A stretch of DNA of 60,342 nt, filler included. It is 8 parts of 8 records of this genome, joined end to end, with 100 filler letters (N's around TTAATTAATTAA, not from the genome) between each part and the next. Parts side by side here need not be neighbours in the genome. Positions count along the whole stretch, not along the records: positions 50,237 to 60,342 come from SRR31156797_67711; 7 more parts are not named here. One strand, written 5' to 3'. The stretch's first letter is position 1. Every line of letters begins with the position of its first letter. The notes beneath the pieces are model-generated. The model had not been told where the DNA came from, searched no databases, and saw nothing but the letters and a program-made list of their open reading frames with translations. This document shows, piece by piece, positions 59,850 to 60,342 of the stretch. The position numbers and the translations under genes were made by a program.

Positions 59850-60342
59850 ATGAGTACCATACGTGTATCCAAGTCCGATAATTTCAGCATCATTTCTAAC
59901 CATCATCTCCGTAATAAAAATCTATCTCTGAAGGCGGTTGGGCTTTTAACCATACTGTTATCGCTCCCCGATAATTGGAATGCCAATGTCAATCACCTTG
60001 TCACTATCTGCCGGGACGGAAAGAAGGCCATTTATTCAGCCATAAAAGAGTTAAAAGAGGCGGGATACATTGAACATGTGACTATCAGGGATGCCAATGC
60101 AAAGATTTTAAAATGGGAGTACATTGTCTATGAGCACCCCATTGAAAAGGCCGTGAACAGTGAAGAAAAGCTACTTTCCCAAAAGGGACAAGTAGCTAAG
60201 GTACAAGTAGCTAAGGGCGATGGAATAATAAAGACTAAAAGTCCTTTACGAAAAACTAATAGTATTAAAAACGACGACGTACCGGCACCACTCACACCTC
60301 CACCTGACCCGATACCGGAAGTCAAAGAGCCGTCGTCGTCGT
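59850..60342 (+). CDS. N-terminal half of a 327-aa HTH replication-initiator / replisome-organizer-like protein (continues at 50260)
   Basis: Manual translation MSTIRVSKSDNFSIISNHHLRNKNLSLKAVGLLTILLSLPDNW..DGKKAIYSAIKELKEAGYI..WEYIVYEHP; missing from the ORF track. Confidence 0.8.
   Translation, partial: MSTIRVSKSDNFSIISNHHLRNKNLSLKAVGLLTILLSLPDNWNANVNHLVTICRDGKKAIYSAIKELKEAGYIEHVTIRDANAKILKWEYIVYEHPIEKAVNSEEKLLSQKGQVAKVQVAKGDGIIKTKSPLRKTNSIKNDDVPAPLTPPPDPIPEVKEPSSS

Larger units (their letters stand above)
50237..60342. mobile_element. Circular (or tandem) 10,083-bp plasmid/phage-satellite-like element
   Basis: 23-nt terminal repeat AGTCAAAGAGCCGTCGTCGTCGT at 50237-50259 and 60320-60342; an ORF reads in frame across the join. 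Confidence 0.85.

Overview
This window is not one locus. It is eight unrelated contigs joined by seven 100-nt N/TTAATTAATTAA linkers; taxonomic labels are inferred from gene content and style. (1) 1-6492, Bacteroidota-like: Fic-type wHTH tail, REP-like repeats, TonB-dependent receptor, Ntn-hydrolase fusion, GNAT-nitrilase. (2) 6593-11687, Arcobacter/Campylobacterota-like: PFOR, luxS, mnmD-like gene, metH tail and a candidate sRNA. (3) 11788-16968: adenylate cyclase plus part of a lasso-peptide cluster (HPr-kinase-like, sulfotransferase, B1, B2, ABC exporter). (4) 17069-23911, sulfate-reducer-like: hdrA-flxDCBA plus an HxlR-regulated group. (5) 24012-29233, AT-rich: integron cassette array with two clear attC sites. 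(6) 29334-40519: pyk-eno, Firmicutes-like glpFK-tpiA, glpAB, diguanylate cyclase. (7) 40620-50136: TetR, acyl-CoA dehydrogenase and a Liv-type ABC operon with an embedded acyl-CoA ligase. (8) 50237-60342 is the most interesting. It is a circular (or tandemly repeated) 10,083-bp element with no recognisable integrase or capsid. Two dif-like XerC/D sites split it into two replicon-like modules: a DUF3987 primase-helicase with a putative ori, and an HTH Rep with a putative counter-transcribed RNA. It also carries a complete c4-type antisense switch and an unexplained non-CRISPR repeat array whose unique spacers each centre on a palindrome; one spacer is a co-varied allele of a palindrome inside an adjacent LmbU-like gene fragment. 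All family assignments come from recognising motifs by eye; no database searches were run.
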